The notes under the pieces: model-generated
Seen by the model: the letters and a program-made list of their open reading frames with translations, nothing else
The model's database searches: none
What the model was told of the DNA's origin: nothing
Origin: a virus
Direction: 5' to 3' (one strand)
DNA length: 64,000 nucleotides
Virus record (IMG/VR): IMGVR_UViG_3300013233_000773
Shown: positions 45,133 to 55,516 of the stretch, one piece after another
Position numbering within the stretch: the first letter of the stretch is position 1
How the letters are laid out: each line of letters starts with the position of its first letter
Translations under genes and position numbers: made by a program

Positions 45133-45642
45133 GTGGCCATGTTCTGGATATGTAAGGAATGTGGTGAAAGGATGACCGATAGGCAGTCATATCTCGAACA
45201 CTCGTGCGCGCCAAATGGTTCAGTGCAGGCTTGCCTCTCCAAGCGCGACAAGGCCCTGGAAGAGATAAGGTTCTGGATAGGCAAGGTTCCCTATGAGTTG
45301 CGTTCAGTCCTCGTCATGACCGTCAACCTGCTTAAGATGATCGATCCTGACGAGAAGACCTTCGTCGTAGACGGCGAGCTGTATAGGAGAAAGATGGAGG
45401 ATGCGGAGGAGCGCGCCAAGGATGCGGAGGGGCGCGCCAAGGAGGCGGAGGAGCGTGCCAAGGAGGCGGAGGAGCGTGCCAAGGAGGCGGAGGAGCGTGC
45501 CAAGAGAGCGACGGAGAGATTCATGGCCCTGATGGAGGACAACAACGCACTAAAGGCGAAGCTGTTCGACCTGCAGGAGGAGATGGACAGGCTCCGCGCA
45601 AGGATGATGTCGACTGAAAAGAGGATGCTGGACCTGGACTAA
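45133..45642 (+). CDS. Zn-finger coiled-coil protein with AEERAKE repeats
   Basis: 'WICKECG...YLEHSC'; 21-nt tandem repeat at about 45397-45503. Confidence 0.7.
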   Translation: MAMFWICKECGERMTDRQSYLEHSCAPNGSVQACLSKRDKALEEIRFWIGKVPYELRSVLVMTVNLLKMIDPDEKTFVVDGELYRRKMEDAEERAKDAEGRAKEAEERAKEAEERAKEAEERAKRATERFMALMEDNNALKAKLFDLQEEMDRLRARMMSTEKRMLDLD

Positions 45643-45675
45643 CCTCAAACATATCTGGTCCGGAGTCCTTGCAGA

Positions 45676-47784
45676 ATGCCGAGCGCGACCAAGCTGCCAA
45701 AGAGAGCAAACGATGGTGACCAGGTGGCCGACCACCTCGGCAACGTCTACGAGTACAGCTCCGAACAGAACTGCTGGCGCAACATAGGCATCCTGAAGCC
45801 TCCACAGGTGGTCGACTCCGAGAACAATGGTATCATCACCCCAGAAATATTCGATAGGATACAGTCCATACGGAAATTCAAGAAGGACGGAGTCAAGTTC
45901 GACCTCAACAAGATATTCGTCGGCAGGACCGACCGGCACCCCTACTTCTACATGTTCCACTCGACGGACGACCTGATCAGGTTCGACCCCTACGTCGAAC
46001 CGGACGGAACCGTCAAGCTGCCGATAGAGTTCGACCGCCAGAGGTTCTATCAAAAGCTCACGCGCACACCGTGCACAGGGCCACGTGGTCACCAGGGGCC
46101 GCCAGGACTTCCTGGAAAGGACGGCAAGCCGGCACCGAACGAAAGGCCAAGGTCACCGGTCAAGCTCGACAAGGACTCATTCACGATCAATCCGGTCAGG
46201 ATCCCCGCCCCGCTTCCCGACGAGCCAATCTCGGTTCGGGTCTTTGACAACGACGAACAGGTTCTCGAGGTGCTCGTTCCGGTCGGCACCGGAGACCTGG
46301 AGGCCGTTGATGGACCGGTCTTTACCGTCGACCTCGAGAGGACAGACCTCTCGTTCAACGATGGCATGCTCGGCGGAACTGTCTTCGTCAGCAGCGGAGA
46401 GTTCGTCAACGAGCCGAACAGGTGGAGGTACAGGGCTAGGCAGCGGGGCAGGGCGGGGCCGCCAGGAAGGGACGGATCCGGTCTGCTTGAGGTCGTCGAG
46501 GACATGTTCGTTGACGATGCAGTGTCCTTCAACGGGTTCGTGGCGTCCGTTCACGTTACCCCGACGGAGGATGTAGTCGTCCTTAATGGCTCCTTGTCGG
46601 ACAAGCTGTGCAGCAGTTCCCTTAAGCTGACCTCCGAGGACCTGCCGGTCGCCGACCTGCTCGAGAGGCGGGTGGTGGCCGTGGAGCAGGCCGCGAAGAG
46701 CTGCAAGGACGTGGCCTCGTACACGTTCAAGCCGGACGAGGTGGTGGTCCCGAAGCTCTCCCTGCCCGACTGGACTCCGACGATGGCGTGTAGGGATCAG
46801 AGGAGGTTCGAGTTCCAGAAGTTCAAGTGGTTCGACGAGATTGGGGAGATAGTGCCCGAGAACGCCGACTGCATGACGGCGGGCTTCGCGTTCACGATCC
46901 TTGGAGAACCGAAGCCTGGCGTGGAGTGCTGCAAGGAGGATTTCTTCCTATGCAACAACCAGGGAGACTTCTGCGTGATCGACGGGTCTCCTGCAGTCGT
47001 TTCGCGCGGTGAGAACTCGCCGGAGCCGTCCGCCACGGTCGGGACGGTCAGTTCGAGCACGGCAGTCGTGGAGACGCCCGACTTCATCATTCCGGAGCCG
47101 GAGCCCGTCAAGGAGGGGAAGATAGTGCCGGCGAGGTGTCCGTTCGGATCCTCGTCGTCTTCCAGTTCGACAAGCTCCTCCAGTTCGTCCAGCTCGAGCT
47201 CATCTTCACTCGGGTCCAGTTCGTCCAGCTCGTCGTCCAGCTCTTCATCGTCTAGTTCAAGCTCGTCGAGTTCAAGCTCGTCCAGCTCTTCGTCGTCGAG
47301 TTCGTCCAGCTCCAGCTCGTCCAGCGCATTGACTGAGTGCTGTACGGACGGGCTGTCGGCGTCGTATAAGGTGATCTGCGGGGCGGTGTTCTGCGACTCG
47401 AACGATCCCTCAGGATTTGCCAAGAACTTTGCATTCCTGGAGTTCAACAAGGGATGCTTTATCAAGTGCACGGAGGTCAATAGTGGTGCCTGCACGTCGT
47501 GCACGACGAATGAGTTCGTCGGGCGGTGTGAGCTGACGTGTCCAGCCGGTGGCGCCAATGGCTTTGGTCATCTGGACGAGAAGACAGTAACCCTGAAGTG
47601 GAAGGACAAGATCCTACAGAACGTACTCCACAATGAGTGTGGCGCAGATAGCGTCAACACCCCCTTCACTGGTACGATAAAGCTTGCGTGCGACGTTCTC
47701 TGTGAGAACGGAAATCCGAAGGTGAAGTACATAAAATTCATCTTCACCAACGGATGCCTGAATGGTATTATTGGCTGTCAATAA
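45676..47784 (+). CDS. Virion-like protein with short collagen motifs, poly-Ser linker and Cys-rich C-terminus
   Basis: 'GPRGHQGPPGLPGKDG', Ser tract at about 47149-47325, Cys-rich tail. Confidence 0.7.
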   Translation: MPSATKLPKRANDGDQVADHLGNVYEYSSEQNCWRNIGILKPPQVVDSENNGIITPEIFDRIQSIRKFKKDGVKFDLNKIFVGRTDRHPYFYMFHSTDDLIRFDPYVEPDGTVKLPIEFDRQRFYQKLTRTPCTGPRGHQGPPGLPGKDGKPAPNERPRSPVKLDKDSFTINPVRIPAPLPDEPISVRVFDNDEQVLEVLVPVGTGDLEAVDGPVFTVDLERTDLSFNDGMLGGTVFVSSGEFVNEPNRWRYRARQRGRAGPPGRDGSGLLEVVEDMFVDDAVSFNGFVASVHVTPTEDVVVLNGSLSDKLCSSSLKLTSEDLPVADLLERRVVAVEQAAKSCKDVASYTFKPDEVVVPKLSLPDWTPTMACRDQRRFEFQKFKWFDEIGEIVPENADCMTAGFAFTILGEPKPGVECCKEDFFLCNNQGDFCVIDGSPAVVSRGENSPEPSATVGTVSSSTAVVETPDFIIPEPEPVKEGKIVPARCPFGSSSSSSSTSSSSSSSSSSSSLGSSSSSSSSSSSSSSSSSSSSSSSSSSSSSSSSSSSSSALTECCTDGLSASYKVICGAVFCDSNDPSGFAKNFAFLEFNKGCFIKCTEVNSGACTSCTTNEFVGRCELTCPAGGANGFGHLDEKTVTLKWKDKILQNVLHNECGADSVNTPFTGTIKLACDVLCENGNPKVKYIKFIFTNGCLNGIIGCQ

Positions 47785-47794
47785 GGAGGACGGG

Positions 47795-48358
47795 ATGCAC
47801 ACCCTCAAGAACAAGCACCGGCTGCCGGCAGCCAGGAAAAAGTTTCTATACCCATGCAAGCACCGAGTGCCGGTGACCGAGGTCGAGAACCCACCGTTGG
47901 TGGCCAACAAGAACAGTAGCGTGTGTCTTGCCATCAGTGAACGGTGCGGGGCCATGACCTCGACGAACGCCACAATGTGTGCGCAGTGCCAGCTAGACGG
48001 AGAGATGAATGAGGGCTACGTCCGAAACTGGGCGGACAAGATGATAAGCACAGCGATGCGGAACGCCTATCATGGCTTTCATGCCAAGGAGGAGATTCTG
48101 AACGTGGCCCGGGTGGCCCATCAGGGCATCTGCGACGTACGCGCTGGCCGGAATAAGCTACGTAGCTTCCTGGAGCAGATGGTGATGTTGGACAGGCTAT
48201 CCTTCGACGAGGTCGAGAAGCTGATCAGGGAAGAGATGCCGGAGATCAACGAGGATGAGCTTTCTAGAGAATCTGAAGGAACTCAAACAGGGCAAGCCAA
48301 GGACGACGCCACAGCACCTCGCAACGACCGGAATGCCGAGTCCGGACGAGCTACCTGA
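47795..48358 (+). CDS. Cys-motif hypothetical protein
   Basis: ATG 47795 with AGGAGG; 'CKHR..C..C..CAQC'. Confidence 0.6.
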   Translation: MHTLKNKHRLPAARKKFLYPCKHRVPVTEVENPPLVANKNSSVCLAISERCGAMTSTNATMCAQCQLDGEMNEGYVRNWADKMISTAMRNAYHGFHAKEEILNVARVAHQGICDVRAGRNKLRSFLEQMVMLDRLSFDEVEKLIREEMPEINEDELSRESEGTQTGQAKDDATAPRNDRNAESGRAT

Positions 48359-48707
48359 GAACCTGAGGACGCGCGGCGGCTGTGGATCGTGTGGAAAGAA
48401 GAGCCTTGGTGGAATCAGCTACGTCCGCGCCATGATGTCCGGCAAGGTTCCGGAGTCCGTGGCGAAGGAACGAATGACGGCATGCGAGGCCTGCAACGGC
48501 AAGGATTCCGCAGGTGAGCGTCTCTTCCGGATAGTGGAGGGCAAGCCATTCTGTGGTCTTCCGCGCCTAAAGAAGCCGTACAGGGACGAGTCTAAGGATG
48601 GCTGCGGGTGCCCGCTAAAGGAGAAGGTGCTATACAGGCAGTCGTCCTGTCCCATAGGCAGGTGGGGCCCGTGGTCGGAGAAGAGGGAGACTGGAAAAGA
48701 TGGCTGA
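48255..48707 (+). CDS. Cys-rich protein with CGC...CPxGRW motif
   Basis: 'GCGSCG','RMTACEAC','GCGCPLKEK..SCPIGRW'. Confidence 0.65.
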   Translation: MSFLENLKELKQGKPRTTPQHLATTGMPSPDELPENLRTRGGCGSCGKKSLGGISYVRAMMSGKVPESVAKERMTACEACNGKDSAGERLFRIVEGKPFCGLPRLKKPYRDESKDGCGCPLKEKVLYRQSSCPIGRWGPWSEKRETGKDG

Positions 48708-49953
48708 ACCGACCCCTGCCCCTGAATGCCCATCGTGCGACGAGTGCTGCAAACCATGCTGTCAGAACACGGACTGTAGCTGCGGGACGCTGGACTGCAC
48801 CATCGACCTCGTCATAGAACCGTCCGACCTGCCTACGCTGGACTATTCCGCATCGGCGCATGATGACAAGTGCTGCACGCCGACGTCTGCCAAGATCACC
48901 ATGGTGGACACTACCTGTTCGGCGATAACCATAGAGGCATGCTGCAACGACCTCAATGGCTGCGTAAACTCTTCCTGCAAGAAGATAGGATGGAACGTAT
49001 GCAATAAGACCAACCGCTGCATAGAAGTACCGACCTTCTTCAAGATCAGTGGTCTCAAGAAGGACCCAACCGGTTCAGTCTGTCCGGACGAGGACACTGA
49101 CTGTTGCTTCCTGCAGTTCAAGGGTTTCTTTGACACAAAGTGTGACTGGTCAGATTTCGTTTCGTTCGAACCAAATGGCGTAGCAAATGGGCCGCGATTC
49201 TGCATCAAGCCATGCAGCTCCGCGACTTTCTGCGTCAACTACCGGGTAGGCATGCCGTCCAACGAATGTGGCTGCAAGAAATATTCGGACTCGCCGGCAG
49301 GAACGAAGGACTGCTGTGAAGCAACCGCAACGGTAGGCCCGACCTGTGCACAGGTCTGCTGCACTGATAACATCAACAGTCAGCCTCCAGGTTCACAACC
49401 TGACACGGCAGGATGTAACTCTTTATGCCGCAAGTCATTGGAACAAGACATAGCGGTGGACTGTCCAGACTGCTGTGGATGCTGCGTTCCTGATCCAGGT
49501 ACCGTTCTGGCCGATTGGGTCATCCTCGCCGGAGAGGACAGTTGCTGCACTGACCTTGTTGTAAAGACGACGGACAAGGCCGATTGGGATTGCTGTTCAG
49601 GCGGATGCACGACCGACGACGACTGTTCTGTGTCTGTTCAGATACCTAACATCTATGACTGTATAGATGGATCAAACCCAATAAGCACGTGCTCCTGTAC
49701 GTTAGAAGTCGCAGATCCCACGCACGATAAATACGTCAAGCCATGCATCTGCGATCCAGGAAACACTGAAACTGCATGTATGGGCAATCCTGACACCTGC
49801 AGGCACGGCGCAGCATTGGTCATGGTCGGCACAGAAAATGACCTATCATCGTCGACCTGCTGCTATCAGCAGACAAGGGTAGCGGCGTCGACGACATGTC
49901 TGACAGACCCCTGTATAGGCGCGACTACACCCAATGGCCCTTGTCCGTTCTAG
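48700..49953 (+). CDS. Extremely Cys-rich protein
   Basis: About 57 Cys in 417 aa by manual count, with 12 CC pairs. Confidence 0.75.
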   Translation: MAEPTPAPECPSCDECCKPCCQNTDCSCGTLDCTIDLVIEPSDLPTLDYSASAHDDKCCTPTSAKITMVDTTCSAITIEACCNDLNGCVNSSCKKIGWNVCNKTNRCIEVPTFFKISGLKKDPTGSVCPDEDTDCCFLQFKGFFDTKCDWSDFVSFEPNGVANGPRFCIKPCSSATFCVNYRVGMPSNECGCKKYSDSPAGTKDCCEATATVGPTCAQVCCTDNINSQPPGSQPDTAGCNSLCRKSLEQDIAVDCPDCCGCCVPDPGTVLADWVILAGEDSCCTDLVVKTTDKADWDCCSGGCTTDDDCSVSVQIPNIYDCIDGSNPISTCSCTLEVADPTHDKYVKPCICDPGNTETACMGNPDTCRHGAALVMVGTENDLSSSTCCYQQTRVAASTTCLTDPCIGATTPNGPCPF

Positions 49954-50360
49954 GTCCAACCATGATGCACGGTCATTCGGAACTCCACACACCATCCCTG
50001 CCAAGGGACCAAGGCTCTCCAGGCTGATTAGCGAGTCAGAATATCTGCTTGACCGTCAAGCGACCGTCGACCGGCGTCACGTCCATGACTATTAGAAAAG
50101 TCAACGATCGCATCGATCTCGGAGACCTCAACCATCTGGTCCGCCGAATACAGAAAGTGCGGCGGCAGGAACCTCAACAGCTGCCTCTTGCTCTCCATCG
50201 GACACTCAACGCAGTCAGGAGACAGCTGATCCCTTCTGATCTTGAGCCCACTTTATCAGCTCTCCACGATGTACGCAAGTTACTAGGAAGCAGATTTCGG
50301 ACATGTCTTCCTCCATTTCAGCGCGCCAAACCCAGTACCGACGTCATGACATGAGACCCT

Positions 50361-52046
50361 TTATTCTCCGCCGCTCCAGTCCACCACCTCCTTGAACCAC
50401 GCCGGAAGCATCCTCTCCGAGCTCCTATAGAACCACTTGAAGTTCTGGTCCAAGACGTACGTTATGCCATGGTCGTCCTTGCTCCGGTAGATCCGGCCAT
50501 ACGACTGCACCAGCTTCGTGGCGGTCAACCAGTCATAATACTCCGACGACAGCTCCATCCTCGCCTTGACCTGCGGATCTCCCTTGGACGGATACGGCAC
50601 CTTGCAGATGACCTGGAACCTGCCGAGGTCGTCCGCGAGGTCCAGGCCCTCGTGCATTGCGGGTGCTACGATTACCGAGTCGGACGATGCCTTGTGCGCC
50701 CGGAGGAGCCTCGCCTTGTCTCCGCCGAAGTCGAGGTCCTTCTGGTAGAGGAACCTGTCCCTCACGTCCCTGGCGCACCCGGACAGCAGCGCGTTCGCTA
50801 TCTCGAAGGTGTGCGTGTGGATGATCCCCCGCTCCCCGGCGTGCCTGCGGCAGATCTCGTTGACGTCCTTCACCATCTTCGGTAGGGTGCTTGACTTGTT
50901 CGCCCAGCTCATCGGGCCGCTCGGCCTATACAGGATGGGCCTCGCCTTTGGAGGAAAGGTACTCCCGAGGCGGATGAAGCAGGCGTCCTGGGGGTCTATC
51001 CCGAGAGCCTCGCAGACGGTGCGCTTAGAGAGGATCGTCGCGCTCATCATAAGCACCTTGTTGGCCTTCGAGAAGACATAGTCGTCCGCGAACCTGTCCA
51101 CGAACAGAGGCTTGAATTGCAGCGTCCTGCTCGAACCGTCCTTCGCCTCCCTATACTCGCATATCCAGGACTCCGGATCCATCGTGTACATCTTCTTGAT
51201 CCGCTCCAGGACCGACTTCCACTCGTCCTCGTCGCGTACGTTTTCCGCGAGGCGCGCGAGTTTCCTCTGGTTCTCGATCCTGTCCAGGAGGTCCACCTCC
51301 TGGAAGAACTCAAGGTACTCGGCCACGGAGCCCAGCTCCGGAAAGCGGATTCCGTCGGTCAGGAAGGGCCTATCGTTTACGGACGTCCCGACGAACCCCA
51401 TCAGGACCGACTCCACATTGTGGGCCTCGTCCAGGATCATCAGGTCCCTCTGGCCGAACTGGTTGGCGTAGACGGTCTGGTACAGGAAGGAGTGGAAGTT
51501 TAGCAGGGTCATGGACGCGGCCTGCGCCCTGTGCAGCTGATTCCAATATGGGCAGATGCCGCGCTCGAGACAGTCGTCCCGCTTCGAATCACCCTTCTTT
51601 CTGCACTCCCCGACGTCGCACCCAGGCCCCTTCCCGGCCTCCTTGAGGAGGCCCGGAACGTCCTCGGCTCCGCAGTCGAAGGCCTCGGGATCGAGGGCGG
51701 CCTCCGAATAGTATTCGCAGGGATAGGCGTTCCTGCCCTTCAGCTCCACCATCGGCTCGTGCAGCCTATTGGCGTGCACTCCCTCGGGGCCGAAGTCCCT
51801 GGACAGCTGGTCCTGCAGGAACTTCTGTGGAGCCAGGTAGTAGGACTTTCCGAAAAACTGGGCTAGGGTCATCGCCACGGCACTCTTGCCGGAACCAGTC
51901 GGTGCCTCCAGGAGGACGTACTTATGAGTCCTGAACGCCTCGAGCACGGACCTAATGGTCTGTCTCTGCCCAGCCCGGTACTTCTTCATGGGGAAGTACT
52001 GGTCTATCCTTCTCTCGATCGGTCCAGCTGCGGTAGATACGGCCAT
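50361..52046 (-). CDS. DinG/XPD-family helicase
   Basis: 'YRAGQ','EAPTGSGKS','LKGRNAYPC' + Cys cluster, 'ILDEAHN','MSAT','EGLDL','KVPYP','QSYGRIYRSKDDHG'. Confidence 0.9.
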   Translation of the reverse strand: MAVSTAAGPIERRIDQYFPMKKYRAGQRQTIRSVLEAFRTHKYVLLEAPTGSGKSAVAMTLAQFFGKSYYLAPQKFLQDQLSRDFGPEGVHANRLHEPMVELKGRNAYPCEYYSEAALDPEAFDCGAEDVPGLLKEAGKGPGCDVGECRKKGDSKRDDCLERGICPYWNQLHRAQAASMTLLNFHSFLYQTVYANQFGQRDLMILDEAHNVESVLMGFVGTSVNDRPFLTDGIRFPELGSVAEYLEFFQEVDLLDRIENQRKLARLAENVRDEDEWKSVLERIKKMYTMDPESWICEYREAKDGSSRTLQFKPLFVDRFADDYVFSKANKVLMMSATILSKRTVCEALGIDPQDACFIRLGSTFPPKARPILYRPSGPMSWANKSSTLPKMVKDVNEICRRHAGERGIIHTHTFEIANALLSGCARDVRDRFLYQKDLDFGGDKARLLRAHKASSDSVIVAPAMHEGLDLADDLGRFQVICKVPYPSKGDPQVKARMELSSEYYDWLTATKLVQSYGRIYRSKDDHGITYVLDQNFKWFYRSSERMLPAWFKEVVDWSGGE

Positions 52047-52084
52047 TGAGCCTTCCTCCCCTGAGCCCCGGTATTTTACCTGCC

Positions 52085-53161
52085 ATGAAGATCCTGATCA
52101 CAGCCGACGTCCACAACGGAGTGCCAGGCAGGCTCGACGACACCGTCTGGGCAATGGATATCATGCGGGACTACGCCGACAAGCACGGCATAGAGCACGT
52201 CTTCGTGCTCGGAGACCTCTTCCATGACCGGGTCAACCTGAACATCGAGGTCCTGAACAGGACCTACGACGTGCTCGAGCGTGCCAGGAACGGTGGCCAG
52301 GAATGGATGTGCTTTCCGGGCAACCACGACATGTTCTACAAGAACTCATGGGAGCACAACTCCCTGCACCACCTGCGCACCGTGATGACCGTGCACGAGG
52401 AACCGTCGAGGTTTGAGCTCGGCGGAAGGGCCTTCCACGTTCTCCCGTTCATCTACTACGAGTCCGAGTACATGGAGGCCCTGTCCAGGATCGACGCCGG
52501 GGAGGAGGACGTCCTACTGACGCACATAGGCGTCAACTCAGCCCAGTACAGCTCCTGCTTCCTGCTCCAGAACTGGAACATGGTAAACTTCTCGTCCTCC
52601 CCGTTCCGCAGGATATACACGGGACACTTCCACTGCCATCAGCAGGTCGGCCCCAAGACCTGGTATCCGGGCAGCCCGATACCGTTCAAGTTCGACGAGG
52701 GAATGGTGGACCATGGCTTCCTCGTGTTCGACGTGGAGACCTGCGAGCATGAGTTCGTCAACATAAACGACGCTGGGGCGCACACTGGGTACCGACCACC
52801 CGACTACCTCACCGTGACCGACGAGGATGTCGAGGCCACGGTCCCCATGGCAAAGGGGAACAGGATAAGGATAGTACTGTCCAGGGAGTATACCAATGAA
52901 GAGCTCGGGCGCATGCACGACGTGCTCAAGGAGGCCGGAGCGGAGAAGGTGGATTGGACGACCCCGAGGATAAAGGAGGACGACGAGGGGCCCGAGCTCG
53001 ACGTCGTCCTGGACGGGTCTGGTGAGCCGCAGGATGTCTTCTCCGCGTGGGTCTCACACGACTGCCCGGAGGACCTGGACATAGAGTTTCTCGCGCACCT
53101 GCATGGAGAGGTCTCGCAGAAGGCCGTTGAGTTGTACGTCTCAACCGAGGAGGACGAGTAG
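52085..53161 (+). CDS. Mre11/SbcD-like nuclease (T4 gp47-like)
   Basis: 'TADVH','LGDLFHDR','GNHD','TH','TGHFH','YPGSP'. Start MKILIT at 52085. Confidence 0.9.
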   Translation: MKILITADVHNGVPGRLDDTVWAMDIMRDYADKHGIEHVFVLGDLFHDRVNLNIEVLNRTYDVLERARNGGQEWMCFPGNHDMFYKNSWEHNSLHHLRTVMTVHEEPSRFELGGRAFHVLPFIYYESEYMEALSRIDAGEEDVLLTHIGVNSAQYSSCFLLQNWNMVNFSSSPFRRIYTGHFHCHQQVGPKTWYPGSPIPFKFDEGMVDHGFLVFDVETCEHEFVNINDAGAHTGYRPPDYLTVTDEDVEATVPMAKGNRIRIVLSREYTNEELGRMHDVLKEAGAEKVDWTTPRIKEDDEGPELDVVLDGSGEPQDVFSAWVSHDCPEDLDIEFLAHLHGEVSQKAVELYVSTEEDE

Positions 53162-55516
53162 GTGCTGAAGCTCAAGAGCCTTAGCATGCGGAACTTCCGC
53201 TCCTACGGCGACTACGACACCACCATGGACCTGGACGGCCTCGGGCCAGTGCTCATCGTCGGAGAGCTCACCGAGGACCAGAGGAAGTGGTCCGACAGCA
53301 ACGGAGCAGGAAAGAGCACCATAGTCGACGCCATCGTCTGGTGCCTCTTCGGCAGGCTGCCCAACAAGGCCGCTCCCGGCGACCACGTGGTCAACGTGGG
53401 GACCGGAAAGGGGTGCTCCGTCACGCTGACCACCATGGACGGCCACGTCATCACCAGGACCAGGAAGTGCCCGAACGATGACCTGCTCATAAGGTCCCCG
53501 GACGGCAAGGACGTCTCGGACTCCGTCAACCGCAACGCGCAGCGGCACCTGAACGCCATGTTCGGGCTCGACTATGACCTGTTCATGTCCAGCGTCGTCT
53601 TCAGCCAGAAGGGGAAGTCCTTCCTCGAGCAGTCCGACGTCAAGAGGCGCCGCGCCATGGAGCGTATGCTGAACGTCGCCAAGTACGACCACTACGTGCA
53701 GGTCGCCAAGGAGATGATCTCCAGCGCGGAGTCCGCAATGGAGCGCGCAAGGGCCGGCACCGCACAGCAGGAAAATGAGCTCCTCAGGATCTCCGCCATG
53801 ATAGAGAAGAGCCACAGCGAGAAGATAGCGGACGACCAGAGGAGACAGGAAAGGATAGACGAGCTGCGCAGGCAGCTGGTAGGCCTGGACGGCAAGTACG
53901 CGGACGAGCGCAATGCGCTGCTTTCCAGGATAGCGGACGCCGAGAAGGAGCTCGCCGCCATACCGGTCATCGACGCCACCTCCCTAGCCAGGGAATGGGA
54001 GCTCTACGAGGAGCGGCTTAAGGGCCTACGGAACGCTAGAGAGGCACTCGACCAGCTCAGGCACAGGGCCGAGACCGCCGAGGCCACCAGGAAGGCCCTC
54101 CTCGAGCATAGGGACCGCGACTTCGGGGAGCAGGCTACCAGACTACAGGCGGAGCACGCCCGCGCCCGTCGTGAACTGGCCGGATCGTCCACAGTGGACG
54201 TCGACGCCCTCGAGAAGGAATGGAGCTCCTATAGAACCGCCACGCAGGCCATCAAGGAGGCCGAAGATGGAGTCAGGAAGCTAGCGTCGGAGCGCAGCGG
54301 AATAGAGAGCGAGATAGGAGTCCACAAGGCCAGCGTCGCAGAGGCCGAAAGCAAGCGTGGAACGACCTGTCCAGAGTGCGGACAGGAGGTCGCGGACGGC
54401 TTCGTCACCGACAGGAAGAGCCGACACCAGACCGAGATCGACGCGAGCAAGGAGAGGATCGCCGGACTGGACGCCGAGATAGGCAGGCGCAGGGGCCTCA
54501 TCGAGAAGGCCAGGAGCCGGATTACCGATCCGAGCATCACGCTGGACGCCGCCAGGATCAAGAACCAGACCAATGCCTGCCTGAAGGAGGCCATGGAGCG
54601 TGCGGCCGAGGCCATCAGGCACATGGCCGAGGAGAAGAGGCAGGCGGACGCCGAGAAGGCCGACAGGGAAAGGAAGGTGGCCGACCTCGCGGTCGAATCG
54701 AGAGAGCTGGCGGACAGGATCAGGAACGGCACCGAGGACCTGGCTGAGGCGGAGAAGCGCGTCACCGCTACGAAGCCAGGCACCACCATGGCCGAGGCCG
54801 AGGCCGTCCGCAGGCAGGTGGGCGCCAAGCGCGGAGAGATAGGGACCCTCAAGGAGGCCCTGACCGGAATCGAGGAGCGACGGGTGACCGAGGCTAGGAC
54901 CCTGGAGGACGAAATCCGGCGCACGTCTGAAGAACAGAGCCCATACGACAAGGTCCTGGCAAGGTTGGAAGCGGACCTTGAATCCGTAAGGAAGTCCATG
55001 AAGGAGGGCTCGTTCGAGATAGCCAGGAGGGACGACGAGGTTAAGCACCTGACCTACATCGCCAAGTCCTATTCGGACCGGAGGAGGATCAAGGCGTTCG
55101 TGGTCAAGAAGCGGATCCCCTTCCTGAACGACAGGATAGCATACTACCTCAAGATGCTGCGCTGCGACTTCCCGCTGGAGTTCAACGACTTCCTGCAGGC
55201 GAAGACTGGAACCTATCCCTATGAGCTGTGGTCCGGCGGGGAGTGTAGGCGGATCGACCTGGCGCTGATGCTGGCGATCTACCGCCTTAACGGGGTGGTG
55301 CACGGGAGCCAGTGCAACGTGCTGGTCTTCGACGAGGTCGAGAAGTCCCTGGACCGCAGCGGACGTGAGGCCTTCGCGGAGCTGGTCATGCGCGAATTCC
55401 CGGACAAGACGGTCCTGCTGGTCTCCCATACGACGGACCTGTTCGACGCATTCCCCAGGAAGTTGGTGGTACGTAGACGGAGCAGATATGAGTCCTACGT
55501 GGAGGAGCTGAGATGA
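53162..55516 (+). CDS. Rad50/SbcC-like ATPase (T4 gp46-like)
   Basis: 'NFRSYG','NGAGKST', Q-loop, Zn hook 'CPECGQ', 'WSGGE','VFDEV..LD','VSH'. Confidence 0.92.
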   Translation: MLKLKSLSMRNFRSYGDYDTTMDLDGLGPVLIVGELTEDQRKWSDSNGAGKSTIVDAIVWCLFGRLPNKAAPGDHVVNVGTGKGCSVTLTTMDGHVITRTRKCPNDDLLIRSPDGKDVSDSVNRNAQRHLNAMFGLDYDLFMSSVVFSQKGKSFLEQSDVKRRRAMERMLNVAKYDHYVQVAKEMISSAESAMERARAGTAQQENELLRISAMIEKSHSEKIADDQRRQERIDELRRQLVGLDGKYADERNALLSRIADAEKELAAIPVIDATSLAREWELYEERLKGLRNAREALDQLRHRAETAEATRKALLEHRDRDFGEQATRLQAEHARARRELAGSSTVDVDALEKEWSSYRTATQAIKEAEDGVRKLASERSGIESEIGVHKASVAEAESKRGTTCPECGQEVADGFVTDRKSRHQTEIDASKERIAGLDAEIGRRRGLIEKARSRITDPSITLDAARIKNQTNACLKEAMERAAEAIRHMAEEKRQADAEKADRERKVADLAVESRELADRIRNGTEDLAEAEKRVTATKPGTTMAEAEAVRRQVGAKRGEIGTLKEALTGIEERRVTEARTLEDEIRRTSEEQSPYDKVLARLEADLESVRKSMKEGSFEIARRDDEVKHLTYIAKSYSDRRRIKAFVVKKRIPFLNDRIAYYLKMLRCDFPLEFNDFLQAKTGTYPYELWSGGECRRIDLALMLAIYRLNGVVHGSQCNVLVFDEVEKSLDRSGREAFAELVMREFPDKTVLLVSHTTDLFDAFPRKLVVRRRSRYESYVEELR

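Noticed and set aside
45397-45503. 21-nt tandem repeat as a CRISPR array
   Set aside because: No spacers; the repeats are in frame and encode AEERAKE heptads.
46797-47558. Minus-strand ORF with ELDELD repeats
   Set aside because: Antisense reading of the poly-Ser tract.
49954-50360. Possible small gene(s) between the Cys-rich gene and dinG
   Set aside because: Only short, inconsistent ORFs on both strands; no supportable call.
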